From the IMG/VR virus record IMGVR_UViG_3300017544_000015, positions 1-25,200 of that record: 25,200 nt of DNA. The stretch is one strand, 5' to 3'. The position numbers and the translations under genes are program-made. Origin of the DNA: a virus. Its lineage: Duplodnaviria; Caudoviricetes. The notes beneath the pieces are model-generated. The model ran no database searches, had not been told where the DNA came from, and saw nothing but the letters and a program-made list of their open reading frames with translations. This document shows, in pieces, positions 24,574-25,200 of the stretch (within the stretch, counting starts at the first letter, position 1; the number at the start of each line of letters is the position of its first letter).

Positions 24574-24598
24574 TGCTCCCTCCGTTCCATTTCCTTAA

Positions 24599-24649
24599 TG
24601 GTGGTTACTATACCCACCAAATCCGAATCAGTCAACACTATAACCACCA
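24599..24649 (-). promoter_or_regulatory. hicAB promoter with operator repeats
   Basis: TTGACT (24630-24635), 17 bp, TATAGT (24607-24612). The palindrome TGGTGG-N9-CCACCA (24599-24619) spans the -10 box, and ACTATA(C/A)CCACCA is repeated at 24607 and 24637. Confidence 0.8.
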
Positions 24650-24693
24650 CCCAACAGAAAATGCTGGCCGCCAAGAAAAGCGAGGCTTGAAAC

Positions 24694-24713
24694 GCACTTA
24701 TCCCCCTCCCGCC
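24694..24713 (-). other. putative cos site
   Basis: Minus-strand GGCGGGAGGGGGATAAGTGC resembles the P2 cohesive end (GGCGAGGCGGGGAAAGCAC, from memory). It lies between the tail genes and att, as in HP1-type genomes. Confidence 0.55.
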
Positions 24714-24859
24714 GACGGGCCTCGCATGAATTTTTGTGCAATCCGGGTGGGTGGTGCAACCAGGGCGCCGGCCCAGCACAGCCGCGGGCCTCCCTGGGTT
24801 GGTAGGGTTTTCACGGTGTGAAAGGAATTGCAGTGCTGTGCAAATCGGTACAGTTCGGA

Positions 24860-24879
24860 ACGTCCACATTACGTCCACA
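24860..24879. repeat. tandem integrase arm-type sites
   Basis: ACGTCCACA at 24860 and 24871 (11-bp period). The reverse contains TGTGGAC, like P2 Int arm sites. Confidence 0.65.
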
Positions 24880-24920
24880 CCTGGGCGAGAAATTGACACT
24901 CATTGCCTGACAATGTTTTT

Positions 24921-24933
24921 TAATAGATTGATT
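24921..24933 (-). promoter_or_regulatory. IHF binding site in the att arm
   Basis: Minus-strand AATCAATCTATTA matches WATCAANNNNTTR and lies between the arm sites and the att core. Confidence 0.7.
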
Positions 24934-24973
24934 TAATTGATATTTACCAGAGAGGATGCGGGTTTTGTTCGGG

Positions 24974-25018
24974 CTCATAATCCTTTGGTCCACGGTTCGA
25001 GTCCGTGTGGGCCCACCA
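24974..25018 (+). repeat. att site: 3' half of a CAT-anticodon tRNA (Ile2/Met) gene
   Basis: CTCATAA anticodon loop, T arm CACGG-TTCGAGT-CCGTG and acceptor strand ending CCA. There is no D arm or 5' acceptor strand upstream. Confidence 0.88.
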
Positions 25019-25022
25019 CCTT

Positions 25023-25047
25023 CAAAGCCGCGCATTGCGCGGCTTTG
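25023..25047 (+). terminator. hairpin/terminator downstream of the tRNA 3' end
   Basis: CAAAGCCGCGC-ATT-GCGCGGCTTTG followed by T-rich sequence. Confidence 0.75.
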
Positions 25048-25200
25048 TGCTTTCTACAACCGTGGTATCTGGATCAGCGCTTTGGTCCCAAGGTACGAAA
25101 ACGGTACAGCACCGTTACGCCAGCGTGCCCTTGAAGTCCTTCGTGCTTACTTTCGGTAATATCCGCACAATCAAAGGATCGCCGAAGGTCAAGAAATGGA

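Larger units (their letters stand above)
1..25018. mobile_element. P2-like (Peduoviridae, HP1/K139-type organisation) prophage, right-hand part, ending at an att site in a tRNA 3' fragment
   Basis: Contiguous ogr, portal, terminase, scaffold, capsid, tail, lysis, tape-measure and baseplate genes ending at a tRNA 3'-half duplication. The left part (integrase, repressor, replication) lies outside the window. Confidence 0.95.

Noticed and set aside
24943-25018. Complete tRNA gene
   Set aside because: The 5' acceptor strand and D arm are missing and the anticodon stem pairs poorly; only the 3' half is present.
1-25200. CRISPR array, reverse transcriptase/DGR, invertase, IS element or ctx-like cytotoxin
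   Set aside because: No regularly spaced repeats and no RT, recombinase, transposase or toxin motifs were seen in the translations.

Overview
Almost the whole window (1 to about 25018) is the right-hand part of an integrated P2-like myovirus prophage with HP1/K139-type gene order, in a high-GC host that is probably Pseudomonas. From left to right it contains: the end of an early operon with an AmrZ-like Arc protein, an AT-rich accessory segment, ogr, portal and terminase (minus strand), and then head, tail, lysis, tape-measure, baseplate and fibre genes (plus strand). These are followed by a hicAB module, a cos-like sequence, Int arm and IHF sites, and an att duplication made of the 3' half of a CAT-anticodon tRNA. 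The most notable part is a minus-strand 1.5-kb cassette (12914-14454) between the tail chaperone and tape-measure genes. It carries (i) a NYN/PIN-fold nuclease gene behind a strong promoter and a short terminated, structured leader RNA, which resembles a type III TA / RNA-antitoxin layout, and (ii) a complete C4-like antisense RNA switch with all four target boxes controlling a small unknown protein. That protein seems to have a distant paralogue at 1478-1705. All family names come from motif recognition and synteny; no database searches were run.
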